Notes under the pieces: model-generated
Told to the model about the DNA's origin: nothing
Databases searched by the model: none
What the model saw: the letters and a program-made list of their open reading frames with translations, nothing else
In this document: piece after piece, positions 20,301 to 28,477 of the stretch
Layout: every line of letters begins with the position of its first letter
Numbering within the stretch: position 1 is the stretch's first letter
NCBI GenBank assembly: GCA_964423405.1
Contig: CAYREY010000003.1
Location: 81,326-145,325 of the forward strand
Length of the DNA: 64,000 bases
Direction of reading: 5' to 3'
From: an uncultured Chitinophaga sp.
Lineage (GTDB): Bacteria > Bacteroidota > Bacteroidia > Chitinophagales > LD1
Made by a program: the position numbers and the translations under genes

Positions 20301-22373
20301 CTGCGTAAGGCCGGCTACATAGTTAGCCGGTAGCTGGCTTAGCGATGTACAACCCATTTTAATATTAAATTTTTCGTACGGCGATGAGTTACCCAGGCCG
20401 GTTACATTAAAGCCCAGATCGGTAATAGTACCGGCACTCAGGCCCAGTGCCTGTAACTCCGATGCACGGTACAGGTACTGCACCCGGCCATCGGCATAAA
20501 AACCGCGGTAAGGGGTTACCAGGTCGCTGCCATTGCCGTTACCCAGGTCTTGTATCTCAAAGTTGCTGTTAGGCAAACATGGGTTCAGCGGATCGCTGGT
20601 AGGGCCACAGCTAAGTGCGCTTACCGATGCCGAGATGCTGATAGGGCTGCCCGGACATACATAGTTATCTGAAGGTAACAGGGTAACCTTAGGGCCTACA
20701 CCCTGTATTACTACTTTAAAGCTATCGCGCACTACACAGCCGGCTGCCGATGTTACGGCAACTTCATAAACAGTAGTAGTGTTGGGTTTTACGTTAGTAG
20801 TAGCCTGTGTAGGGCTGCTGATACCCTGGCTGGCTGGTGCCCACTGGTAAGTAAAAGGCCCCAGGTTAGAAGGCGAAGCTACTGCCGTAAGGGTGGTGCT
20901 TTGGTTTAAGCATATTGTATCATCCGGAGATGTAATGCTGGTAGCAATATCGGGCACACGGAAAACCGTAATGGTATCGGTTTGTTTACAACCGCCCTGC
21001 AGGTCGCTGGTTACTATATAGGTAGTAGTAGCCGAAGGCGCCAGCAATACTACGTTACTGTCGGGTGTAGCGCTAACCATACCACTGGTGGTGTTCCAGC
21101 TAAACTCGCTGCCGCCAAACACAGCCACCTCTATCGGTCCGCCGTTAGGGCAATAGTAGCGGTCCTGTCCGGCATCGGTACCTTCAAATATGGTTATGTC
21201 GTATGTAAACAATTGTAAGCCGGGTATCGGGCAGGCATCATCCTGAAACTGTACAGTAAAGTAACGGAAACCGGTATCCAGCGCCGAAGGGGTCCAGGTA
21301 AATACGGTAATTACCGAATCGGGGCCACCTACATTGGTAGTAGTAAGGGTAGCACCGGGTATAGAACTGGCTATGTTAGAAGTTACAGTTAACGCATCAC
21401 CGTCTATATCGCGGGCGGCCAGTGTAAACGATACCGTAGTGCCCGGGCACACACCCAGTGAGTTGCAATCGGTTATTACACCGCCATTTACATTAGCCGG
21501 GGTTAAACAGTTGGCAACCTGCGGCGAGTTGTTGTTACAGTTAATAATTACAATCTGTATATCGCGCATGGTAGTACCTATTACCACACCGTTGCGGTAC
21601 TCGGTTACCAATACGTCAACTACATATACACCCTGTTGGGTAGGAGTAAACGACATCTGGCCGGTAGCCTGGTCAAAAATAAAGCCGTTCAGCGTGGGCA
21701 TAGGGTTAGCCGCCGAATATGTACCCTGGTAAAAAAGGCCGGTACCCACATCATCGCGCGGGGCTATAAGGGTGTACACCAGCGAGTCGCCATCGGTATC
21801 TACCGAACCGTGCGAGTAGTTAACCTGCTGATTTACACAAAAATAAGGAACCGGAAGCGAGGTAAAGCTAGGGGCATTGTTACAGCTAACCTGGCTGCTG
21901 TTAAGCGTAGCAGCTACCGAAAAACCAAGGCTTGGTGGTGCCGGGTCTACCAGGTTGTTCGACTGGTTACGGCAGCAATCGCTGTAGCTAAAGGTATAAA
22001 GGCCACAACCCGGCTGTATGGTTACAGTGCCGGTATAGGTATATAGCTCTACACCGGGCAAGCTACCACCCGAGCAGGTTGATTGGGCCGATGGACATAA
22101 CTGCGATACCTCTACACTGCTCTGCGCCTGATCAAGCGTACAGGTTACGCTAGATGAGCCGCAGTTAGAGCTTACATCAACTAAAATAGTGTTGGGCATG
22201 GTTACACCGCTACAATCGCGGTACACGGCTACAACTATCTCATAATCATTACCTCCCAGGCAGCGGAACGATATATCCGAGCCCATGATGTGTGTAGCGT
22301 AGGAATTGTAAAATGCAAAAACACCAAGCAATAAAGCCACCAATGGTCGGATGCGAGTAACGGTACCTTTCAT
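17361..22373 (-). CDS. 1670-aa T9SS cargo with a type B (gliding-motility-associated, CHU_C-type) C-terminal sorting domain; adhesin-like
   Basis: The C-terminus PNAFSPNGDGANDVYGPYF...FRIYNRWGQLVYDG...WDGTFNGTLQPAGTYFYYITI...LTGAFTLLH is a type B CTD. The signal peptide is followed by the Cys-rich ATHIMGSDISFRCLGGNDYEIVVAVYRDCSG domain and many Cys-bracketed Ig-like repeats. Confidence 0.92.
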   Translation of the reverse strand: MKGTVTRIRPLVALLLGVFAFYNSYATHIMGSDISFRCLGGNDYEIVVAVYRDCSGVTMPNTILVDVSSNCGSSSVTCTLDQAQSSVEVSQLCPSAQSTCSGGSLPGVELYTYTGTVTIQPGCGLYTFSYSDCCRNQSNNLVDPAPPSLGFSVAATLNSSQVSCNNAPSFTSLPVPYFCVNQQVNYSHGSVDTDGDSLVYTLIAPRDDVGTGLFYQGTYSAANPMPTLNGFIFDQATGQMSFTPTQQGVYVVDVLVTEYRNGVVIGTTMRDIQIVIINCNNNSPQVANCLTPANVNGGVITDCNSLGVCPGTTVSFTLAARDIDGDALTVTSNIASSIPGATLTTTNVGGPDSVITVFTWTPSALDTGFRYFTVQFQDDACPIPGLQLFTYDITIFEGTDAGQDRYYCPNGGPIEVAVFGGSEFSWNTTSGMVSATPDSNVVLLAPSATTTYIVTSDLQGGCKQTDTITVFRVPDIATSITSPDDTICLNQSTTLTAVASPSNLGPFTYQWAPASQGISSPTQATTNVKPNTTTVYEVAVTSAAGCVVRDSFKVVIQGVGPKVTLLPSDNYVCPGSPISISASVSALSCGPTSDPLNPCLPNSNFEIQDLGNGNGSDLVTPYRGFYADGRVQYLYRASELQALGLSAGTITDLGFNVTGLGNSSPYEKFNIKMGCTSLSQLPANYVAGLTQVLNDTIITINTTGWNTHTLDVPYNWDGFSNLIVEVCFDNATWLSGSDYDAVGTTTVFTGASLYANNDVSSNCNLPTPTVSDQRPDTRFIMCEAPLNNYTLTWTGSNGTVLPNAGTVTFPLFSDETFTLLVDDGTCQGDTSISLNVDTAVLISAGNDTVFCNGDTLQLNAQLLHPSQLYCVQGYDLSNIAFSPITPTGAVNAGPTGDDIVSNAITIPFNFEFYCNTVTSFYISTNGFISFTNGQGAGCCSGQQLPDAATPNNVVALCWEDLNTTNGGSIDHFVVGNAPNRVQVIRWKNVAYFGNGGNIDGEIHLYETTNLIEVLVNSQTNPAQVNTLGIENATGTSGLTPAGYNASPWTVGSPVAFRFTPQTAGNVLTGVQWSPSTGLSSDTVQNPKAYPTTTTTYVVTATFSNGCVTTDTIQVGTGNFNYSVAAQPDTICPGDTTQLVFTGNGVSYLWSPANNLSSTTAQSPFAWPIAETVYYVTAFNQDGCRADDSLRIYMRRPSVTLGADTAVCPYDSITLVPSGGPYQSYNWSTGAVTPTITTGGQTAVSQAYYVRVFDGVCNIPSDTVVVTEFTLNPLVVAPSGDTGTCVGGAITLTGDPGYSSYLWSNGSTTPNITVNTAGYYSYIAIDSNGCKLNSLDTAHVIISQPPVAEILLNQDSVCEGQDNVLYVNAVQGVDYIWAPGSVLDDTLIVTAAGTYYLTATDNGCASYDSVTVYSVPAPVVSLGPDQNVCGCDTSVLLLPTVNGSYNWSNNQTSPTISVNTSGTYTVTVTDDNLCSGTASVEVTIRCLTVNAFVADPPTATVFVGRNATLSVDSFSYNSNFTYLWSPNTYLQDATVQQPYVQSAQTTTTYTVQVTDAVYGCVAYDSVRLSVVPPGVPPMPNAFSPNGDGANDVYGPYFPPSLQGVYTISAFRIYNRWGQLVYDGTGYWDGTFNGTLQPAGTYFYYITITGPDQNNPNANVDYNLTGAFTLLH

Positions 22374-22558
22374 AGTCGTCAGGGTTGTGTCTTAATAAAT
22401 TAAAGAGGGCGCGAAATTAACTAAATGTAACATAAAAAGGCGCAAATCTCCAATTAATTTAATATGGTATTCATACCAATAGCACAATAAGATTAGGTGC
22501 AATTGGTACCATTGCATTTTTTTTGTTGTTAATTGCGTGGTAATCAACTACACAGCCT

Positions 22559-23311
22559 ATGAAAAACAAGTTTCTTTTTATTGCACTTTTTCCCCTGTGC
22601 ACCCTGCTGCAAGGCTGCTTCGGTATAGAAGAAAAGATACTGATACATAAAGATGGTAGCGGCACCTACACCTTTAGCATGGACCTGACCGAGGCCTTGA
22701 AAGATATGACTGAAATGGTGCAGAAACTGGATAAGGCTTTTAAAAACGATAGCGATACCACCGCAGGCAAAACCCCGCAGGACCTGCAAAACGAAACCTA
22801 CAAAAAACTGAAAGAAGATTCGCGCCTTACCGACCTGCAAACACTAAACAGCATTAAAGGCATTAGCAACAGCCGCGAGTTTGTAGATACTGCCAACGGC
22901 CTGTTTATAACGGGTATTTCTTTCGATTTTACCGATGTAAATGCCCTGAACAAAGGACTTGTTGCCATGTTGAGCCCCGGCGATGGTAAAAACAAAAAAC
23001 AGGGCAATATACCACCGGCTACCTACGGGTACAAAAACGGCGTACTAACCCGCGAGCTATCCAAAGCCACTACCGATGATATGTTTAAAGATATGAAGCT
23101 GGATGCCAAAACAGAGGCCATGTTTAAAAAGATGTTTAAGGATTTTAAATACACGATAACCGTACAGTCCGACGCCGACATAAAAAAGGTAACTGCACCG
23201 GGCGGTGTTATCAGCCAAAAGGGCAAAAAAACGTCGATAGAATACAACCTGCTGGAGGAGAGCAAAGAGGTAATAAAGGCCCGTATGCGCAGCGATGTAC
23301 AGGTGTACTAA
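22559..23311 (+). CDS. Lipoprotein, function unknown
   Basis: MKNKFLFIALFPLCTLLQGCFG carries a lipobox (LQGC). The mature part is Lys/Asp-rich and I recognise no family. Confidence 0.7.
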   Translation: MKNKFLFIALFPLCTLLQGCFGIEEKILIHKDGSGTYTFSMDLTEALKDMTEMVQKLDKAFKNDSDTTAGKTPQDLQNETYKKLKEDSRLTDLQTLNSIKGISNSREFVDTANGLFITGISFDFTDVNALNKGLVAMLSPGDGKNKKQGNIPPATYGYKNGVLTRELSKATTDDMFKDMKLDAKTEAMFKKMFKDFKYTITVQSDADIKKVTAPGGVISQKGKKTSIEYNLLEESKEVIKARMRSDVQVY

Positions 23312-23340
23312 CCGGCTTTTACATTTTTTTGCATCTAGCC

Positions 23341-23363
23341 AAACCCTTGCCTGTAAAGGGTTT
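23341..23363 (+). terminator. Possible terminator hairpin after the lipoprotein gene
   Basis: AAACCCTT-gcctgta-AAGGGTTT is a perfect 8-bp stem 30 nt after the stop. No T-run follows. Confidence 0.35.
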
Positions 23364-23469
23364 CAGCCATATCCGGCACTTGGTTTACTATACTGTTTAA
23401 ACCCCTGTTTGTTTTTGTAATCATACAGGCATATTGGTTAAACAAAACAATTACAGGAGGAAACAGTAT

Positions 23470-24213
23470 ATGAAACGCTTATTTACACTTGCCATCATTG
23501 CTTTATCATTTTTAAGTGCTTCGGCACAGCAGGGTTTATCGGTTTTAAACCTGCGCATAAGCGATAACAGCCCGTTTAAATTATACATAGATGGTACCTA
23601 TGCCGGCCGTGCCAATGGCACCATGCGTATAGATAATATGCAGCCCGGCAAACACATGTTGCAGGTAACACGCATAAACAGAATGTGGGGCAGTGTGCGC
23701 GAAGAGGTAGTATATGGCAGTGGCATAGTATTGGGCGCCAACACCGAATCGTGGGTTACTGTGTTGCCCGAACTGCGCAAAATAAAATTCGATAACATAG
23801 TAGCATTAGCTACCCCTGGTTGCACACCGGCTATAGAACCTGTTACACCTGTACTACCCGGCCGCAACACCTGCACCCCTACCCCATCGGCACCGGTATT
23901 TGAACCCGCGGGCCCGGTTGGCCCCTTTGCCATGGCACCCGCCGATTTTGAACAACTGAAACGCACTATAGATAATGCCGGTTTCGAAAGCACCCGACTG
24001 ACTATATTTAAACAGGCATTGGCTTACAACTACTTTACCACCGCACAGGTACGCGACTTAATGAACCTGTTCTGGTTCGAAAGCTCAAAGCTGGATGTAG
24101 CTAAACTGGCTTATAACAAAACAATAGACCCGTATAACTACTACCTGGTAAACAACGAGTTTAACTTTAGCAGCAGTGTAAATGCACTGGGCGATTATAT
24201 AGCCATGCGATAA
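23470..24213 (+). CDS. DUF4476-like secreted protein
   Basis: The signal peptide is MKRLFTLAIIALSFLSASAQQ. The C-terminal FEQLKRTIDNAGFESTRLTIFKQAL..YFTTAQVRDLMNLFWFESSKLDVAKLAY resembles DUF4476. The track ORF starts at an upstream TTG (23434). Confidence 0.6.
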   Translation: MKRLFTLAIIALSFLSASAQQGLSVLNLRISDNSPFKLYIDGTYAGRANGTMRIDNMQPGKHMLQVTRINRMWGSVREEVVYGSGIVLGANTESWVTVLPELRKIKFDNIVALATPGCTPAIEPVTPVLPGRNTCTPTPSAPVFEPAGPVGPFAMAPADFEQLKRTIDNAGFESTRLTIFKQALAYNYFTTAQVRDLMNLFWFESSKLDVAKLAYNKTIDPYNYYLVNNEFNFSSSVNALGDYIAMR

Positions 24214-24240
24214 ACAATAGTAAGATACCCTTTAATACAA

Positions 24241-24269
24241 ACAGGCAACCGGAGGAACCGGTTGCCTGT
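24241..24269. terminator. Bidirectional terminator between the convergent DUF4476 and CvfB-like genes
   Basis: ACAGGCAACCGG-aggaa-CCGGTTGCCTGT is a perfect 12-bp stem with A-rich sequence 5' and TTTT 3'. Confidence 0.8.
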
Positions 24270-24297
24270 TTTACGTTTGCAACTGCTGGTGGGTAGC

Positions 24298-25146
24298 TTA
24301 TTTCTCCTTAGCCAGCGTAATCAGGTTATCGTGCAACTCTATTTTGCCGGCCTTGTACAGCATACCTACGGCTTTCTTAAAATTCTTCTTGCTTATGCCC
24401 AGCACCTCATATACCAACTCGGGCGGCGAGTCGTCGCTAAGTTCCAGCCGGCCGTTGTTCTCTATCAGTTTCTCCAGCACCACCGTGCCTATATCGCGGG
24501 CAGCCGCTATACCTTGTTTTTGCAGCGCCACATCTATTTTACCATCCTCACGTATCTTTTTTATATAACCCTTTACGTGGCTGCCTTTCTCTATCTTACT
24601 AAAAATCTCATTCTTAAAAAGTATGCCCCAGTGCTTGTTGTTTATTATAACCCGCACGCCAACTTCGTTCTCGTAAGTTATCAGCAGGTCCACCTCATCA
24701 TTGGGTTTAAGTTCTACATCACGGTTTTTAATAAACTTATTAATATTAGTAGTAGCCGCTATACGTTTCGATGCAAAATCGAAAAAAACATACACCAGAT
24801 AATACCGGTCGGGCTCTACGCGCTCGCCCTGCTCACGAAAAGGCAGAAACAAATCTTTCTCCAGCCCCCAGTCTAAAAACGCGCCTATGCGGTTTACATC
24901 TTTCACCAGCAGGTAAGCCGCCTCACCTACCTGTACCAGCGGCTCTTGTGTAGTAGCCACCGGCCGGTCTTCCGAGTCTTTATACAAAAAAATATCTACC
25001 TCGCTCCCCTCCTGCATATCAGGCGTTATATACTTTTTGGGCAGCAGCACTTCTTCCAGCGATGCATCGCCGTTCTCGGCCAGATAGAAACCATTATCGG
25101 TACGGCGCGTTATTACCAGCCTGTTAAACTTACCATATTGTAACAT
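24298..25146 (-). CDS. cvfB: S1-like RNA-binding protein, CvfB/YitL family
   Basis: The N-terminus is MLQYGKFNRLVITRRTDNGFYLAENGD...EVLLPKKY. Repeated S1-like units follow, including VGEAAYLLVKDVNRIGAFLDWGLEKDLFLP, and there is a C-terminal winged-helix-like tail. Confidence 0.75.
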   Translation of the reverse strand: MLQYGKFNRLVITRRTDNGFYLAENGDASLEEVLLPKKYITPDMQEGSEVDIFLYKDSEDRPVATTQEPLVQVGEAAYLLVKDVNRIGAFLDWGLEKDLFLPFREQGERVEPDRYYLVYVFFDFASKRIAATTNINKFIKNRDVELKPNDEVDLLITYENEVGVRVIINNKHWGILFKNEIFSKIEKGSHVKGYIKKIREDGKIDVALQKQGIAAARDIGTVVLEKLIENNGRLELSDDSPPELVYEVLGISKKNFKKAVGMLYKAGKIELHDNLITLAKEK

Positions 25147-25226
25147 GGCGCAAAGAAAGTAAAAAGCAGGTGCATTGTGTGCTTATTAAGTGCGGGTATG
25201 TTTCGGCACATTATTATTTTGGCTGT

Positions 25227-26339
25227 ATGAATATTTTATTGCTCGAACCTTTCTTTACCGGTTCGCATAAAAAATGGGCCGAAGAGTTTAAAAAGTATAG
25301 CCGCCATAGCGTTGAAATAATATCGCTAAGCGGCCACTATTGGAAATGGCGCATGCACGGCGGCGCTGTAACTATGGCGCAGCAGCTTAATAAAAAACTA
25401 CCCTTTACCCCCGATTTATTACTGGCTACCGATATGCTGGATCTGAACCTGTTTTTATCGCTTACACGTAGCTGGTCGTACAACATACCCACAGCCGTTT
25501 ACTTTCACGAAAACCAGTTAAACTACCCCTGGAGCCCCACCGATGCCGATGTAAAACTGCAACGCGATAACCACTATGCCTTTATTAACTACACCAGCGC
25601 ACTGGCGGCCAATCACGTGTTTTTTAATTCGCAATACCATCACCATGCATTTCTGAACGAACTGCCCCGCTTTCTTAAAGCTTTCCCCGATAACAACAAC
25701 CTTGCGGGTGTAGATGAGATACGTAAAAAATCATCGGTACTGCACCTGGGTATGGATTTAAAAAAACTAACCCAACACAAACCTGCTGTAATAGAAAAAC
25801 CCAACCGTGCTGTGGTACTTTGGAACCACCGGTGGGAATACGATAAAAACCCCGAACGTTTTTTTAACGCGCTGTTTGAACTGGCCGACCATGGTATAGA
25901 TTTCAGGCTGGTGGTACTTGGCGAAAGCTACGAAAAACGGCCACCGGTGTTTGATACTGCCCGCGAAAAACTGGCCGATAAAATTTTACACTTTGGCTAC
26001 GCCGAAAGCTTTGATGAGTATTGCAAATGGCTATGGGTGGCCGATATACTACCGGTAACCGGCACGCAGGATTTTTTTGGCGGCAGCGTAGTAGAGGCTA
26101 TGTATTGCAACACCGTACCATTTTTACCTAAACGCCTGGCCTACCCCGAACATATACCGCAGCAGTTTCACACCACCTTTTTTTACGATGAAGAGGACTT
26201 TGTAAAAAAACTACAGCGCCGTATTATGGATGTAAAATACCTGCGCGTAATGAATACGCAGCAATACGCTGCCCGGTACGATTGGCAAAACCAGATAGAA
26301 CTGTACGATACCCAACTGGAACAGGTAAAAGCCGGCTAA
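25227..26339 (+). CDS. DUF3524 / GTDC1-like glycosyltransferase (GT4-type C-terminal half)
   Basis: MNILLLEPFFTGSHKKWAEEF...HYWKWRMHGGAV...AVYFHENQLNYPW is collinear with the N-terminal signature of animal GTDC1 (ILIIEAFYGGSHKQL...YFHENQLIYP). Confidence 0.7.
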   Translation: MNILLLEPFFTGSHKKWAEEFKKYSRHSVEIISLSGHYWKWRMHGGAVTMAQQLNKKLPFTPDLLLATDMLDLNLFLSLTRSWSYNIPTAVYFHENQLNYPWSPTDADVKLQRDNHYAFINYTSALAANHVFFNSQYHHHAFLNELPRFLKAFPDNNNLAGVDEIRKKSSVLHLGMDLKKLTQHKPAVIEKPNRAVVLWNHRWEYDKNPERFFNALFELADHGIDFRLVVLGESYEKRPPVFDTAREKLADKILHFGYAESFDEYCKWLWVADILPVTGTQDFFGGSVVEAMYCNTVPFLPKRLAYPEHIPQQFHTTFFYDEEDFVKKLQRRIMDVKYLRVMNTQQYAARYDWQNQIELYDTQLEQVKAG

Positions 26340-26439
26340 CCGGCCTGTAGCTTGATTAAAATCATTCTTTCTTTTTACGCCGAACATTTTACATTCGCGC
26401 TTGTTTAGAATTAATCTAAACTCATTTTAAGCTAAGAAA

Positions 26440-28335
26440 TTGAGGAAAGTCTGTTTAGTAGTGTTTCTTATTTGTCAGGTGCTGTTTTCTATTGCCCAAA
26501 ATGCCGAACAAGCCAGGGTATTGGTACACGCGCTCAATTACATAAGTAACGATTACCAGTATGCAGTTGCCAACGGCAAAGTAATAAGCAAGCTGGAGTA
26601 CGACGAAGAACTGGAGTTTGGCGAAGCAATTATAAAATATCACCGCCTGTATTCGGGCAACTGGCAACCGGCCGACTCAATAGCCGTAGGCGAAATGGTT
26701 AACCGCCTTAATAACCTTATTACTGCCAAAGCCGATTTTAAAGAGGTAAGCAAACTGGCTACCGAAACAAAAAATAAAGTTATTGCCGCCTCGGGCCTTA
26801 GCATAACACCGGTACAGTACCCCAACCTGCCTAATGGTAAACTGGTGTATAAAACAGAATGTGCCCGCTGCCACGGCTACACCGGCAACGGCGATGGGCC
26901 CGATGGCAAAGCACTGGAACCTAAACCACGTAACTTTCACGATAACGAACGCATGCGGGGCATATCGCCGTTTGCAGCATTTAATACTATCCGCCTGGGT
27001 ATAGAAGGTACCGGTATGGAAGCCCACCCCATGCTGGATGATGACCAGGTATGGGATGTAGCTTTTTACATTCTGTCGCTCCGCTACCAGCAACCAGCCG
27101 ATGGTAAAATGAAAGAGGCCATTGCCGGCGTTAATCTGGCCGATATAGCCATGTACAGCGATAAAGACCTGCTGGCAGCACACTCACAGCCCGATAGCCT
27201 TGCTGCACACCATTTTCTGGCAGCTATACGTACCCAGCAACCCGCCACCGATGAAAGTGCATTTATCAATACCTCACTCAAATATCTGGATGGGGCTATG
27301 GCATTGTACCGCGATGGTAAATTCGACGAAGCATCTAAACTGGCGGCACTATCATACCTGGAGGGGATAGAACCGGTAGAAAACCAGCTAAAGGCTACCG
27401 ACCCGGGCACTATGGAAAAGCTGGAAATGCAAATGCAACAGCTGCGTAAAATGATGGACGAAAACCGGCCTGCGGCTGAAGTGCAGGATTCGGTAAAGCA
27501 GGTACGCCAGACTATCAGCAGCCTGAACGAAATACTCGGCAAAAAAAATCATTCATTCTGGCTGGCGTTTATGCTGGCAGCATCAGTACTGTTGCGCGAG
27601 GGCCTCGAAGCGTTTTTGGTAATACTGGTAATACTATCGGTAGTAAAAGCTACCGAGCTAAAGCAATACACCGGTTGGATACATGCCGGCTGGCTGGGTG
27701 CTGTACTGGTAGGTGTTATACTATGGTTTTCGGGTGGTGCGCTTATGGGCGAACAACTTAAACATGTAGAGCTGATTGAAGGCATCGTTTCGTTTTTAGC
27801 TGTAGCTATGCTTATGTATGTGGGCTTTTGGCTGCACAGCAAAAGCGAAATTGGTAAATGGAAAGAATACGTAAACCAACTGGTTAAAGGCGCTATAAAC
27901 AACAAAAGCCTGTTTGGCTTAACCAGCCTTTCATTCTTTGTGGTATTCCGCGAGGTATTCGAATCGGTGCTGTTTCTTTCAGCACTTAATCTTGAGTCGG
28001 CCGGTAAACAAAGCAATGCTATTGGCCTGGGCGTACTGGCCGCCTTTGCGGTAGTTATGGTAATGGCCTGGCTGGTACTTCGTTACTCTACCAAACTGCC
28101 TATTCCCAAACTATTCAAAATCTCATCTATAGTAATGGGCCTGCTGGCTATTGTATTAACCGGTAAGGGGGTACACTCTTTTCAGGTACTAAACTACATA
28201 CCGGTGCATGGCATACCTATGTTCCGGTTAGAACTGCTGGGCATTTTCCCCACTATAGAAACCTGTGCTGCACAGGTAGCCGCCCTGCTGCTGGTAGTAT
28301 ATATGTGGCGGGCCACTATGGGCAACAGCAAATAA
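26440..28335 (+). CDS. Cytochrome c / FTR1-family iron permease fusion protein
   Basis: It has a signal peptide and a periplasmic region with a CxxCH haem motif (ECARCHGYTGNGDGPDG). The C-terminal polytopic domain carries FTR1 REGLE-type motifs (LREGLEAFLVILV and FREVFESVLFL). The start codon is TTG. Confidence 0.85.
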   Translation: MRKVCLVVFLICQVLFSIAQNAEQARVLVHALNYISNDYQYAVANGKVISKLEYDEELEFGEAIIKYHRLYSGNWQPADSIAVGEMVNRLNNLITAKADFKEVSKLATETKNKVIAASGLSITPVQYPNLPNGKLVYKTECARCHGYTGNGDGPDGKALEPKPRNFHDNERMRGISPFAAFNTIRLGIEGTGMEAHPMLDDDQVWDVAFYILSLRYQQPADGKMKEAIAGVNLADIAMYSDKDLLAAHSQPDSLAAHHFLAAIRTQQPATDESAFINTSLKYLDGAMALYRDGKFDEASKLAALSYLEGIEPVENQLKATDPGTMEKLEMQMQQLRKMMDENRPAAEVQDSVKQVRQTISSLNEILGKKNHSFWLAFMLAASVLLREGLEAFLVILVILSVVKATELKQYTGWIHAGWLGAVLVGVILWFSGGALMGEQLKHVELIEGIVSFLAVAMLMYVGFWLHSKSEIGKWKEYVNQLVKGAINNKSLFGLTSLSFFVVFREVFESVLFLSALNLESAGKQSNAIGLGVLAAFAVVMVMAWLVLRYSTKLPIPKLFKISSIVMGLLAIVLTGKGVHSFQVLNYIPVHGIPMFRLELLGIFPTIETCAAQVAALLLVVYMWRATMGNSK

Positions 28336-28477
28336 CCGCTACCGGTTACCTGTTACAACACTTTAAATTTTAATTAATATCAAATACTCATTGCTGATTG
28401 TCGTCAGCTATGAACTACGTCATACTAAGCTATGTGTAGTTGCTTTTGCTTTGTATCCGAATCAAAAAACAACTATC

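Noticed and set aside
24262-24876. A 204-aa plus-strand ORF antisense to the CvfB-like gene
   Set aside because: It is Leu/Tyr/Phe-rich antisense translation. The minus-strand gene has clear S1/CvfB-like motifs and a bidirectional terminator placed correctly for it.
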